59,167 nucleotides of DNA from Armatimonadota bacterium (GCA_038240635.1 JBBRGS010000001.1:1-59167); one strand, 5' to 3'; shown: positions 37,725 to 47,245, numbered from the stretch's first letter. The notes: a model not told the origin generated them from the letters alone. Translations and numbers: made by a program.

Positions 37725-38821
37725 GGGTCGGTCAGCCCTAGGGTGTCGAGGATGCGGTTCAGGTCCTCATCGTCGTAAAACTCGATGGCGATGACCCCGC
37801 GCCCGGAGCGCGTTCTGTTCACTTCCACTTTGGAGCTGAACAGCGCTCGCAGGCGCGTCTCCACCTCCAGCACGTGCGGGTCCCGGCGGCTCGGCGCGCG
37901 GTTGGAAGTTGGAGGGGGCGCTGGCGTTGGGTTACGGCTCTGTTTTGCGGCGCGCTCGGCGTCCCGCACGGTGCCGCCGGAATGGAGCAGGCGGGCGAGG
38001 GTGCGGTCCCGTTCCGCAGGGTCGGGGATGCCCAGGAGCGCCCGCGCATGGCCTTCGGTAATGCGGCCGTCGGCGAGCGCGCCGCGAATCTCCGAAGAGA
38101 GGCCCAGCAGCCGGAGAGTGTTGGCCACCGCCGCGCGGCTTTTGCCCACCCGCTTTGCGATCTCCTCCTGCGTCAGGGCGAACTCCTGCGCCATGCGCTG
38201 GTACGCCGCCGCCGCCTCCAGCGGGGTGATGTCCTCGCGCTGCACGTTCTCCACCAGCGCGACTTCCAGCATCTCCCGGTCGCTCAGGTCCTTCACCACG
38301 ACAGGGATTTCCACGAGGCCCGCCTGCTGGGACGCCCGCCAGCGCCGCTCACCGCTCACCAGTTGATAACCGGAGTCGATGCGGCGGACGATGAGCGGCT
38401 GAAGGACGCCATGCGTGCGGATGGAGTCGGCCAGCTCGGCGAGTTTCACCGGGTCAAAGGTGAGGCGCGGCTGGAACGGGTTCGGCTCGATGGCGGCGGG
38501 TGAGAGGCGCGTCGGTTCAGCGGATTCGGAAGCGGCGGCTTCAGGCGGAGTCGCGGGGCGGGTCGCGGGGCCGTTTGCGGGGGCGGATTCTCCGTCGAGG
38601 GGAGCGGAAGGGTGGGCGTGAGGCGCGACCGGAGGTTCGGGGGCGCCCAGCAGCGCACTGAGGCCGCGTCCCAGCCCGCGCGACTTCCGCCCACTCGCTT
38701 CGCCGGGGGCGGCGCGAGGGCCTAACCGCCGCTCCTCGTTCGCTTCCGGGCCGGCGCCCTGGACCGCATCGCCGGTTGACGCGGTCTCAGACGATGGGTG
38801 GGGACGGTTCGGCTGCGGCAC
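37721..38821 (-). CDS. parB: Chromosome partitioning protein ParB/Spo0J, 366 aa
   Basis: ORF track. GRGLSALLG, IEPNPFQPR, GVLQPLIVRR and the HTH region. Long low-complexity N-terminus. Confidence 0.92.
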   Translation of the reverse strand: MPQPNRPHPSSETASTGDAVQGAGPEANEERRLGPRAAPGEASGRKSRGLGRGLSALLGAPEPPVAPHAHPSAPLDGESAPANGPATRPATPPEAAASESAEPTRLSPAAIEPNPFQPRLTFDPVKLAELADSIRTHGVLQPLIVRRIDSGYQLVSGERRWRASQQAGLVEIPVVVKDLSDREMLEVALVENVQREDITPLEAAAAYQRMAQEFALTQEEIAKRVGKSRAAVANTLRLLGLSSEIRGALADGRITEGHARALLGIPDPAERDRTLARLLHSGGTVRDAERAAKQSRNPTPAPPPTSNRAPSRRDPHVLEVETRLRALFSSKVEVNRTRSGRGVIAIEFYDDEDLNRILDTLGLTDP

Positions 38822-39572
38822 GGAGGACCTCCTGGGCGAGCGACTGATACGCCTCCGCTCCCTTCGATTTCGGGTCGTAGAGCGTGATGGGAAGGCCGTG
38901 GCTCGGCGCTTCCGAGAGGCGGATGTTGCGCGGGATAATCGTGTTAAATACCTTCGGCCCGAAGTGGGCCTGCACTTCCTGAATCACCTGCTGCGACAGA
39001 TTGGTGCGCGGGTCGTGCATGGTGAGCAGCACCCCGGCAATGGCGAGCGTCGGATTGAGGTGCCGCCGCACCAGATTGATGGTGTGCAGCAGCTGGCTGA
39101 TTCCCTCCAGGGCGTAGTACTCGCACTGGATCGGGATGAGGACGCCGTTGGCCGCCGTCAGCGCGTTCACGGTGAGCAGCCCCAGCGACGGCGGGGAATC
39201 GATCAGCACGAAGTCGTACGCCCCCCCGATGCGCTCCAGTATCCGCTTCAGGCGATGCTCGCGCGACATGGCGGAGACGAGTTCGATCTCCGCGCCCGCG
39301 AGGTCCAGGGTGGCGGGCAGCAGGCGCAGGTTGGGGAGTTCGGTGTCGAGGAGGACATCCTCCGGCTCCCTGTCGCCGAGCAGCAGGTCGTAAATGCAGG
39401 CGTCGAGGCGGCCCCGGTCCACGCCGAGGCCGCTGGTGGTGTTCCCCTGGGGATCAATATCCACGAGGAGGACGCGGCTCCCGGCCTGGGCGAGGCAGGC
39501 GGCGAGGTTGACGGAGGTCGTCGTTTTGCCGACGCCGCCTTTCTGATTGATGATGGCGTATATCCGGGGCAT
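38787..39572 (-). CDS. parA: Chromosome partitioning ATPase ParA/Soj, 261 aa
   Basis: Start at MPRIYAIINQKGGVGKTTTSVNLA (rc ATG at 39570-39572; deviant Walker A). Overlaps parB by 35 nt. Confidence 0.92.
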   Translation of the reverse strand: MPRIYAIINQKGGVGKTTTSVNLAACLAQAGSRVLLVDIDPQGNTTSGLGVDRGRLDACIYDLLLGDREPEDVLLDTELPNLRLLPATLDLAGAEIELVSAMSREHRLKRILERIGGAYDFVLIDSPPSLGLLTVNALTAANGVLIPIQCEYYALEGISQLLHTINLVRRHLNPTLAIAGVLLTMHDPRTNLSQQVIQEVQAHFGPKVFNTIIPRNIRLSEAPSHGLPITLYDPKSKGAEAYQSLAQEVLRAAAEPSPPIV

Positions 39573-39694
39573 AGGAGGGCGAGGGTGAGGCGGCATGCGT
39601 GAGGCGGAATCGGGACGAGAGAGCGGCCCCGCGAGGGCCACCCCATTCTATCACCCGCCCGAAGACGCGGCAACGCGCGGAGCCGCCGCGCCGC

Positions 39695-40039
39695 TTACGC
39701 CGTCGCCAGTGTCCTCTCCTCGGCGGAGTCTTCGGGCGGGGCCGTTTCAGCGGGCGCCGGACCTCTTACTGAGAGAGACAGGCCCACCGCATGGAGTACA
39801 TCCACCACCGTGTGAAACGAGGGGGCGCCTCCGCGTGAGAGGGATTTATAAAGGCTGGACCTTCCGCGCCCCGTCTTCTCCGCAATCGAGGTCATGCCAC
39901 CATGAGCGGCCACCACCTCGCGGAGGGCGTAAAGGAATTCCTCCAGGGAATCGTCGCAGGCCGACTGGAGGAAGACGGCGGCGTAGGCGGGATCATGGAG
40001 CCGCTGGCGGAGGTCTTCCTTAAATCTCGTGAATTTCAC
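39695..40039 (-). CDS. Addiction-module antidote protein (HTH; partner of RelE-like 'killer' toxins), 114 aa
   Basis: GTG (rc of 40037-40039) in ORF 39695..40102. VKFTRFKEDLRQRLHDPAYAAVFLQSACDDSLEEFLYALREVVAAHGGMTSIAEKTGRGRSSLYKSLS matches the antidote-family pattern. Confidence 0.7.
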   Translation of the reverse strand: MKFTRFKEDLRQRLHDPAYAAVFLQSACDDSLEEFLYALREVVAAHGGMTSIAEKTGRGRSSLYKSLSRGGAPSFHTVVDVLHAVGLSLSVRGPAPAETAPPEDSAEERTLATA

Positions 40040-40135
40040 GCTTGATCTCCTTCCACAGGCGGACCCTTTCGTTGATGTCATCCTGCTGCCTCGTCTTGTC
40101 ACCGCCCCTGAACCATCGCCTGGTGAGGAAGCGGA
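40020..40135 (-). pseudogene. C-terminal remnant (~38 codons) of a RelE-like addiction-module killer toxin
   Basis: The tail of ORF 40020..40613 reads ...RLIRFLTRRWFRGGDKTRQQDDINERVRLWKEIKREIHEI, which contains the GGDK(s/t)xQxxDI motif of killer proteins. The 5' two-thirds is missing, and the remnant abuts the stop codon of the dehydrogenase gene at 40136. Confidence 0.6.
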
Positions 40136-41140
40136 TCAGCCGTCCAGCGACGGGATCATCGCCTCGGTGAGGGCGTGACGGCGTGGCTCGCCCTTCAGAA
40201 ACGCCTCGTAATCGTCCACCAGGGCGGTGAGGATGCGGCAGACCGATTCGAGGGTGCCCCCCGCGCGGTGCGGCGTAAGGTAGACGTTTGGCAGGCGGCG
40301 CAACTCCGAATCGGCGGGCAGCGGCTCCACGTCGAACACATCGAGGGCGGCGAACAGGTCCCCCCGCCGCAATCGTTCCAGAAGGGCGTCCGTGTCCACC
40401 AGCGCCGCCCGGCAGACGTTCACCAGCACGCTCCCCGGCGGCATCGCATCCAGGTGGCGCGCCTCCAGCAGATGCCGCGAACCGGGATTGGACGCGGCGC
40501 ACACCACGAGTACCTCGCAGTTGGACGCCAGCGCCTCCAGCGACGCCGCGCGGGCGCCGTGGGCCTTCAGGGCTGCGTCCGACGCGTACGGATCGAAGAC
40601 CTGAAGGTCGCACTCGAACGGGGCGAGGAGGCGCGCCAGTCCCTGCCCGATGCCGCCGAACCCGATGATGCCGACGCGTCGCCCGCTCAGCTCGCGTTCG
40701 TGTGGATCAATCTCATCGGGAAACCGCTTCACCCATTTCTCCACGCCCAGATGCATCGCCGTGTGGTAGGTCGGCGTGCGGCGCAGGGTGGAGAGGATCA
40801 GGGTGAGAGCCATTTCCGCCACCGCCGGGGAGAAGCCGCGCCGCCCCAGGCTGACCGGAATCCCCCGTGCGAGCATGATCCGAGCGCCCTCCTGCGAGAG
40901 GTCTATGTTGCCGGAGAAGGCGAGGCGCGGCGCCTGATCGAGCATGGCGGCGGTTAGCAGCGGCCACGACCACATCAGAACGGCGTCCGCTTCCTTCAGG
41001 TATGGGAGGATTTCGTCCGGCGCGTTGCAGGAGGCGTACGTGACCTCGGCGAGGGATTCCAGCCGCTTCCAGTGATTGGAGAGCGTCGGGTGCGTGAAAA
41101 AGCCGGAAGCCAGGTTGACCAGCAGGGACGGTTTCGGCAT
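40136..41140 (-). CDS. D-isomer-specific 2-hydroxyacid dehydrogenase family protein, 334 aa
   Basis: ORF track. NAD-binding GIIGFGGIGQGLARLL and a catalytic-domain layout typical of the family. Confidence 0.85.
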   Translation of the reverse strand: MPKPSLLVNLASGFFTHPTLSNHWKRLESLAEVTYASCNAPDEILPYLKEADAVLMWSWPLLTAAMLDQAPRLAFSGNIDLSQEGARIMLARGIPVSLGRRGFSPAVAEMALTLILSTLRRTPTYHTAMHLGVEKWVKRFPDEIDPHERELSGRRVGIIGFGGIGQGLARLLAPFECDLQVFDPYASDAALKAHGARAASLEALASNCEVLVVCAASNPGSRHLLEARHLDAMPPGSVLVNVCRAALVDTDALLERLRRGDLFAALDVFDVEPLPADSELRRLPNVYLTPHRAGGTLESVCRILTALVDDYEAFLKGEPRRHALTEAMIPSLDG

Positions 41141-41192
41141 GAGCGCGCCTCACTAGGTGAAACACGAAGACGCGGCGGAGCGCGCCGTCGGC

Positions 41193-41804
41193 TTACGAGG
41201 GTTTAGTCGGAGGGGACAGGCGAACCACCAGCCCGGTCATGGCGCCTTCCACGCAGGAAACGTACGCCTTCGCCACCTCGGCGGCGGGGAGGCCATCGGC
41301 GCCGTCGCGGCCCATCGCCTCCAGCGTCTCGCTCACCCACGGCGGGCTGACGATGTTGATGCGAAGCCCGCGCGGCATCTCCAGCGCCGCCGCCATCACG
41401 AAGGAGTTGAGGCCGCCGTTCGCCATGCCGAGGGCCGCGCTGCCGGGCGACGGGTCGTCGGCGAGGACGCCGCTTGTGAGCGTGAAGGAGCCGCCGTCCC
41501 GCGCCGCGCCGAGGCCCAGCCGCACGGCGTTCACCTGCCCCATGAGCTTGTGGCCGAGGGTGTAGGCGAAATCGTCGTCGGTCAGCGTCTCCAGCGGCGC
41601 GAATTTGCCGAACCCGGTGGCGCAGACCAGCGCGTCGAACGGGGCGACCGCGTCGTACAGCGCCCGCAGCGAGTCGGGCGAGGCGAGGTCCACCTGCCGC
41701 TCGCCGCTCGTGTGGCCCACCACGATGACTTCGTGCCGGTCGGCCAGGGCCGCCACGACCGCCGCGCCAATCGTTCCCGTTCCGCCCAGTACCACGATTC
41801 GCAT
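41193..41804 (-). CDS. Short-chain dehydrogenase/reductase (atypical SDR), 203 aa
   Basis: ATG (rc of 41802-41804) after AAGGAG. MRIVVLGGTGTIGAAVVAAL is a Rossmann motif. Confidence 0.75.
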   Translation of the reverse strand: MRIVVLGGTGTIGAAVVAALADRHEVIVVGHTSGERQVDLASPDSLRALYDAVAPFDALVCATGFGKFAPLETLTDDDFAYTLGHKLMGQVNAVRLGLGAARDGGSFTLTSGVLADDPSPGSAALGMANGGLNSFVMAAALEMPRGLRINIVSPPWVSETLEAMGRDGADGLPAAEVAKAYVSCVEGAMTGLVVRLSPPTKPS

Positions 41805-41852
41805 CGTTCGCTCCTTCCTCATGACGCCTTCGCGCCGGGGTGAACCGCTGCG

Positions 41853-42092
41853 TTATCCCGCTGGAACGAGGAGAACGTCCAGCTGTTCCTTTTCCTCCAG
41901 CTCCATCTCGACTTCGGTTAATTCTTCGTAGTACTGATACGTTTTGGGGAACGGGTGATCCGGGCGAACCGGCACATACCAGAAATCTCCGTCCCGACGC
42001 ACGATGTGATCCAGCACCACGATCTTGTTATCGGGGATGGGATGGTTGTCGAGATACTTTTTAACCAGTTCCACAACTTCCTTTTCGGTCAA
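41853..42092 (-). CDS. Small acidic protein (79 aa), putative partner/antitoxin of the upstream HEPN protein
   Basis: ORF track. ATGA overlap with 42089..42463. No family recognised. Confidence 0.5.
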   Translation of the reverse strand: MTEKEVVELVKKYLDNHPIPDNKIVVLDHIVRRDGDFWYVPVRPDHPFPKTYQYYEELTEVEMELEEKEQLDVLLVPAG

Positions 42093-42463
42093 TCCGTCAC
42101 CCCCAGGATGAACAGCGCGCGGTCGGCGCTGCGTAAGGCGCCGGTGGCGATGTTCTTATCAATAGAGGCGGCGGGAATGTAGTCGGCTTCCACACGCTGT
42201 TTCCAAAGTTCAGCGACCGCCTTCCTGAGTTCCTGTCGTTTCTCCTCTGGTAAATGATCGAGGTGGTTCATAATCAGTCGGGAGAGATCGACGTGAGCCG
42301 GATTGTCCCGATGCCCAAAGGTGAGGCGAGGCGAGAGGTGGCTGGTGAGGGCGCAATAGGCCGCGTAGTAGGCGCGACTGATGCCGCTGCGGAACAGCCC
42401 CGCGCGAATCAAGGCGCGAGCGGCGTTGCGATTGTCCAAACTCATCTCCCGCCACGTCGTCAT
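42089..42463 (-). CDS. HEPN-domain protein, 124 aa
   Basis: ORF track. SRAYYAAYCALTSHL helix and C-terminal QRVEADY resemble the HEPN (PF05168-type) pattern. Confidence 0.6.
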   Translation of the reverse strand: MTTWREMSLDNRNAARALIRAGLFRSGISRAYYAAYCALTSHLSPRLTFGHRDNPAHVDLSRLIMNHLDHLPEEKRQELRKAVAELWKQRVEADYIPAASIDKNIATGALRSADRALFILGVTD

Positions 42464-42585
42464 CCCATTCCTTTCATGTCATGCTCGCGTCGGCGCCCTC
42501 GATGGCAGCCCCCTTGACTTCCCTCTCCGCCTCGGAAAGGAAAGAGGCAACCGAGGCGGAGAAAGACGCGGCGGGGACAAGCGCT

Positions 42586-43350
42586 CTACTTGCCCATCGC
42601 GCGCAGGGCTTCCAGGCTGCGGCGCGGGATGTCGAAGCCCATGCCGTCGTCGCTCCCTTCCTCCACCACGTACCATTCGGTGTTCTGCTCGGTTTCGCAG
42701 AGATTGAAGATCGTCGGCCAGTCCGCCAGCCCTTCGCCGATGATGACGCCGGGCTTCCCGTAATCCTTCAGGTGGACGGAGCGCGCCCGGTTGGGGAACT
42801 TCCGCAGCGTGCCGATGGGGTCGCCGCCGCCGCTCGCGCAGTTGCCGATGTCCATCTGCATGATGATCTCCTGCGACGTTTGGCCGAACAGGCGATCCCA
42901 CGCGATTTGGCCGTCCACGGTCTCGAAGTCGAAGCCATGCGCGTGGTAACCGGTGTACATCCCGCGCGGTTTCATCGTTTCCGCCGCCGATTCGAGCAGC
43001 CGGGCCAGTTCGGCGATGCCCGCCACGCTCTTCATCCGTTCGGGGTCCATGGCGACGATGAGGAACGTGTTGCCCAGCGTCTCATTGAAATCCATCGTGC
43101 GCTGGAGGTTGTCGCCCTGAAGCGCGTGCGGGTGGAGGTGGATGCCGCAGCACTGAATTCCGGTGTCATCGAGCATTTTGCGGATGTCGCTCACGTCGTG
43201 GCCCATCCAGGTCAGCGTTTCGCCGCCGTAGCCCCACGGCTCCACCGCCGCATAGCCCGCCGCCGCCGCGCCGCGAATCGCCGCCGGAAGGTCCTTCTCG
43301 CACTCACCTCGCACGATAAAGAGCTGCAAGCCAATCGGAATTTTTGCCAT
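42586..43350 (-). CDS. Sugar phosphate isomerase/epimerase (xylose isomerase-like TIM barrel), 254 aa
   Basis: ATG (rc of 43348-43350) after GGAGG. MAKIPIGLQLFIVRGE...AAAGYAAVEPWGY is typical of the family. Confidence 0.75.
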   Translation of the reverse strand: MAKIPIGLQLFIVRGECEKDLPAAIRGAAAAGYAAVEPWGYGGETLTWMGHDVSDIRKMLDDTGIQCCGIHLHPHALQGDNLQRTMDFNETLGNTFLIVAMDPERMKSVAGIAELARLLESAAETMKPRGMYTGYHAHGFDFETVDGQIAWDRLFGQTSQEIIMQMDIGNCASGGGDPIGTLRKFPNRARSVHLKDYGKPGVIIGEGLADWPTIFNLCETEQNTEWYVVEEGSDDGMGFDIPRRSLEALRAMGK

Positions 43351-43577
43351 ATTGTTCCTCCCGCAGACCTTCGACGAAGCCGTTTGACTCGAAGTCACGC
43401 GACCCCGCCGCTGGTCAAAACGTCCTGCTTAGGGTGATGAGCGACGCGGACGTCCTGCACGCCGAACCCTGTCATACGACGCCCTGAAGCGTCACTTACG
43501 GCTTCCCGTTGAGGCGCCCGCCTTCCTGCCGAAGGGCGCCCTTCCCTCGCGCGCCTATCCCCTTCCCCGAAGGGCTT

Positions 43578-45086
43578 CTACCTCCCCGGCTTCTTCAACG
43601 ATGGCCGCTTCACCGGAGAGGACGCGACCGGCTTTGGCGCCACCGACCGCGTCACCGGAGAGGACGCGACCGGCTTTGGCGCCGCCGACCGCGTCACCGG
43701 CGCGTTCATCACCCACGGCGAGCCGTACACCGCGCGCAGCCGCTCCGGCGGAACCTTGCGCGGCCCCAGATCGCCGGTCCACGACACGAAGTACGACCAC
43801 CGGACGCCGTAGCGCCGCATCCGGTCCACGTCGGGGACGCCGCCGATCTCGGTGAGAGCGATGAGTTTCTTCCCGTCGAAGCGGTGGAGGAAGGTGTCCC
43901 ACAGGGCGCTCAGCGGATCGCGGGGGTCTTTGGGGTAGGCGTCCACGCCCGCGATGTCCACGAAAGCGTCGCCGGGGTACCAATCGAGTTTCTCGCCGCT
44001 CCAGACCCAAATCAGGTTGTGGAGGCGATGATGTGCCGTGAGGCGCTCGTAGAGGAGGCGCCAGAGTCGCCGGAACGGCTCCGGCCCCTTCGCGCCCCAC
44101 CAGAACCAGGCGCCATCGGCTTCGTGGAGGGGGCGCCACAGGACGGGGACCTTCGCGGCGTCGAGTTTCTTCAGCTCCCCGGCGATGGCGTCCATGTCGC
44201 GCAGGAGGAGGCGATATTCCCGCGAATCGGGGCGCGCGAGAGCCTGCTCCAGGTCAAACGTGGTGGCGTCGGTGTAGAAGCCACGGTACCAGGGGGCTTC
44301 AATTCGGCGGCCCTGGGCGTCCGTGTAGGTGGTGTCCCGCAGTCCGGCGGGCGCGTTCCAGTGCCAGCTGAGTGTGAGGATACGCCCGGTTTTCGCGGCG
44401 GCGAGGAGGCGCTCCGTCGTCCCCTGGGGAGCGGCGCCATGCTCCACCCGCGAGGGGGAGTAGTCCATCAGGTCCCCGCCGAGGATTGCGGGCGTATGGC
44501 CGGTCGCGTCGCGGATGAAGGCGCTCTCCGCCGGTTCGTACTGGCCGCTCAGGGTCTTGTGGCCGTAGAGGCCGGTCAGCCGGGCGAGGAGCGCGCGGGC
44601 CTCGCGGGACGCCAGGGGGTCGGCGGGGCGGGGCTTCACGCGGCGCAACGGAGCCGGGGCCGCCACGGGAATCAGGTCCACCGCGTCGAGGTCAAACCAG
44701 CCCCAGCCGTTTCCCACCGTGAGGGTGTTCTCGCCCGCCTGGAGTTCCACCTTGCCCGCTGATGTCGCCGCGTACGGCGCCGTCGTGGCCGGAAACATCC
44801 CGGAGCGGCGCGCCCCGTTCACGGTGAGGTCGTACCCCTTTTCGCCATTGGGAAGCCCGTAGCGCAGGCGGACCTCATATAGCCCGGCGGGGGCCGTGAA
44901 GGTGAAGGTCACGCCGTCCTCCGGCGCGTCAAAGCCGGTGACATAGCCGCTTCCCGTGAAGCCGGCGCGTTCCGCCGCGACGCGGATTCCGGTCAGCCGC
45001 CCGTCTTCGGCCTCAAAGTGGAGCGGGCGGGGGGCGGAGACGCTCAGCGCCGCGACCAGTCCCAGGAGCGTAGCGCTTGCGATCAT
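43578..45086 (-). CDS. Secreted GH26 beta-mannanase with an N-terminal CBM6/35-like module, 502 aa
   Basis: ORF track. FEAEDGRLTGI...GSGYVTGF (CBM). WHWNAP, LWRPLHEADGAWFWWG and NLIWVWS (GH26 catalytic region). Repeated C-terminal tail. Confidence 0.8.
   Translation of the reverse strand: MIASATLLGLVAALSVSAPRPLHFEAEDGRLTGIRVAAERAGFTGSGYVTGFDAPEDGVTFTFTAPAGLYEVRLRYGLPNGEKGYDLTVNGARRSGMFPATTAPYAATSAGKVELQAGENTLTVGNGWGWFDLDAVDLIPVAAPAPLRRVKPRPADPLASREARALLARLTGLYGHKTLSGQYEPAESAFIRDATGHTPAILGGDLMDYSPSRVEHGAAPQGTTERLLAAAKTGRILTLSWHWNAPAGLRDTTYTDAQGRRIEAPWYRGFYTDATTFDLEQALARPDSREYRLLLRDMDAIAGELKKLDAAKVPVLWRPLHEADGAWFWWGAKGPEPFRRLWRLLYERLTAHHRLHNLIWVWSGEKLDWYPGDAFVDIAGVDAYPKDPRDPLSALWDTFLHRFDGKKLIALTEIGGVPDVDRMRRYGVRWSYFVSWTGDLGPRKVPPERLRAVYGSPWVMNAPVTRSAAPKPVASSPVTRSVAPKPVASSPVKRPSLKKPGR
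43611..43702 (-). repeat. 42-bp in-frame tandem repeat (2.2 copies) encoding the GH26 C-terminal tail
   Basis: caccggagaggacgcgaccggctttggcgcc(a/g)ccgaccgcgt starts at 43611 and 43653. It encodes SPVTRS(A/V)APKPVAS twice, just before the stop. Confidence 0.9.
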
Positions 45087-45199
45087 GGCGCCTCCTTCCA
45101 GGCAAAGCCTGGGTGAAGTTCAGGCGGGATCAACTATTGGAGAAGATCACGTTCAGGGCGATGGCGCCGCCGGGGCGGGGAAAAGCCTGGATGGGCGCT

Positions 45200-47245
45200 T
45201 CACTCCTCCCCCAGGTCCTTCAGCCAGGCGGCGGCCTGCGCGTCGGAGGGCATCCGCCAGTCCGCGCGGGGGCTGAGGCTTACGGTCCCCACCTTCGGGC
45301 CGTCGGGGACGCAACTCCGCTTGAACTGATTGGCGAAGAAGCGCCGCAGGAAGACCCTCAGCCAGTGGCGGATGACCGGCTCGCTGAAGCGCCCCTCGAA
45401 CGCCTGCCGCGCGAACAGCAGAATCTTGCGAGGCGGCGCCGCCCCTCGCACAAAGTGGAACAGGAAGAAGTCGTGCAGCGCGTACGGCCCCACGATGCTC
45501 TCCGTCTCCTGCGCGTTCACCCCTTCCTCCGCCGGAAGCAGCTCCGGCGAGATCGGCGTCGCCAGGATGTCGAGCAGGACCTCGCGCGTCCGCCCCTCGA
45601 ACTCCGCGTCCGCCGCCCACCGCACGATGTACTGCACCAGCGTCTTGGGCACGCCGCAGTTGACGGCGTACATAGACATATGGTCGCCGTTGTAGGTGCT
45701 CCAGCCCAGCGCCATCTCGCTCAGGTCTCCGGTGCCGATGACGAGTCCCCCCTCGGCGTTGGCGAGGTCCATCAGGAGTTGCGTCCGCTCGCGGGCCTGC
45801 ACGTTCTCAAAAGTGACGTCGGCGACCTCGCTCAGGCGGACGGTCTCCCCGTTCGCTTCCCGCGCGAGGAGGTCCGCCGCCGGGTGCCCGATGTCGCGGA
45901 AGTGCTGGAGGCACGCGGGGCGGATGTCAATGCGGCGGGCGGGCGCTCCCGTGAGGGCTTCTGACAGTGTTTCGGCGTTGCCGCGCGTCCGCTGCGTGGT
46001 GCCGAACCCCGGCATGGTGACGGCGATCAGCTCGCGCGGGTCCCGGTTCAGCCGCTGGAGCGTGCGGGCGCAGACCAGCATGGCGAGGGTCGAATCGAGG
46101 CCGCCGGAGACTCCCACCACAAACGGCGGATGGCCCACCTGCCGCGAGCGCCGGGCGAGGGCGGTCGTCTGGATGTGGAAAATCTCGTCGCACCGGTGGC
46201 GGCGATCCTGCGTGTCCGACGGGACGAACGGCGACGGGTTGAGGACGCGCCGCAGCGGCAGATCGGCTTCCGTGACGAGGCGAATGGGATCGGTCACGAC
46301 GCGGAGGAAGGTCGGCGCGTCGGCGGATGGCGTCGCCTGACCGGGACTCGACTCGGCGTAGGTCGTGAGGCGGCGGCGCTCGGCTCCCAGACGTCCAAGG
46401 TCCAGGTCTGCGAGGGCGTGGGCCGGGCCGTCGAGGGCGAACCGCTCCCCTTCCGCCAGCAGGCCGCCATTCTCGGCGATGAGGCAGTGCCCGCCGAACA
46501 CAGTGTCGGTGGACGACTCCCCGGCGCCCGCTCCGGCGTAGACGTATCCGGCGACGCAGGTGGCCGAGTGGCCCGTCACCACGATGTCCCGGCGATACTC
46601 GGCCTTCCCGATCAATTCGTTGCTCGCCGACGGATTGGCGATCACCCGCGCGCCCGCCGTCGCCAGGTACGCGCAACGCGGGAGCGGCGACCATGCGTCC
46701 TCGCAGATTTCGATACCAAGGGTGAAGCCTGGCTCGTTCGGGGCGGTGAAGAGGAGGTTCGGCGTGAACGGGACGCTCTCGCCGAACAGCGTGACCTTCG
46801 GGGGCCCGACGTGTTCCCGCGCCGCCGCGAAGTAGCGCCGGTCGTAAAACTCGCCATAGTTCGGCAGATGAGTCTTGGGAACGACGCCGAGGATTTTGCC
46901 ATTTTGCAGCGCCACGGCGCAGTTGAAGAGCCGCTCGTTCACCATGAGGGGCGCGCCGACCACCGTCAGCAGGTCGCGGGGGGCGTCGCCGGAGCGCTGG
47001 GCATCGAGCAGGCGCTTCAGGGCGCGCAGGGCGGCGTCGAGGAGAGTCTGCTGGTGGAAGAGGTCGTGACAGGTGTAGCCGGTCAGCCCCAGTTCGGGGG
47101 TCACGAGAAGGGCGACGGCCTGCGACTCCGCCCAGCGCATGGCGTCGAGGAGGGCGTCGGCGTTGGCGTCGGGGTCGCCCAGGGCGAGCGGGGGAGAGAC
47201 CGCCGCCACCCGAATCAGTCCGTAATCGTTAGAGAGGTTGGGCAT
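45200..47245 (-). CDS. nadE: Glutamine-dependent NAD+ synthetase (long form), 681 aa
   Basis: ORF track. N-terminal CN-hydrolase domain and a C-terminal PP-loop GVSGGLDSTLA. Confidence 0.92.
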   Translation of the reverse strand: MPNLSNDYGLIRVAAVSPPLALGDPDANADALLDAMRWAESQAVALLVTPELGLTGYTCHDLFHQQTLLDAALRALKRLLDAQRSGDAPRDLLTVVGAPLMVNERLFNCAVALQNGKILGVVPKTHLPNYGEFYDRRYFAAAREHVGPPKVTLFGESVPFTPNLLFTAPNEPGFTLGIEICEDAWSPLPRCAYLATAGARVIANPSASNELIGKAEYRRDIVVTGHSATCVAGYVYAGAGAGESSTDTVFGGHCLIAENGGLLAEGERFALDGPAHALADLDLGRLGAERRRLTTYAESSPGQATPSADAPTFLRVVTDPIRLVTEADLPLRRVLNPSPFVPSDTQDRRHRCDEIFHIQTTALARRSRQVGHPPFVVGVSGGLDSTLAMLVCARTLQRLNRDPRELIAVTMPGFGTTQRTRGNAETLSEALTGAPARRIDIRPACLQHFRDIGHPAADLLAREANGETVRLSEVADVTFENVQARERTQLLMDLANAEGGLVIGTGDLSEMALGWSTYNGDHMSMYAVNCGVPKTLVQYIVRWAADAEFEGRTREVLLDILATPISPELLPAEEGVNAQETESIVGPYALHDFFLFHFVRGAAPPRKILLFARQAFEGRFSEPVIRHWLRVFLRRFFANQFKRSCVPDGPKVGTVSLSPRADWRMPSDAQAAAWLKDLGEE

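Noticed and set aside
37721-39700. Replication origin next to parAB
   Set aside because: No cluster of DnaA-box-like 9-mers, no AT-rich unwinding element and no dnaA/dnaN/rsmG genes nearby. parAB alone does not define oriC.
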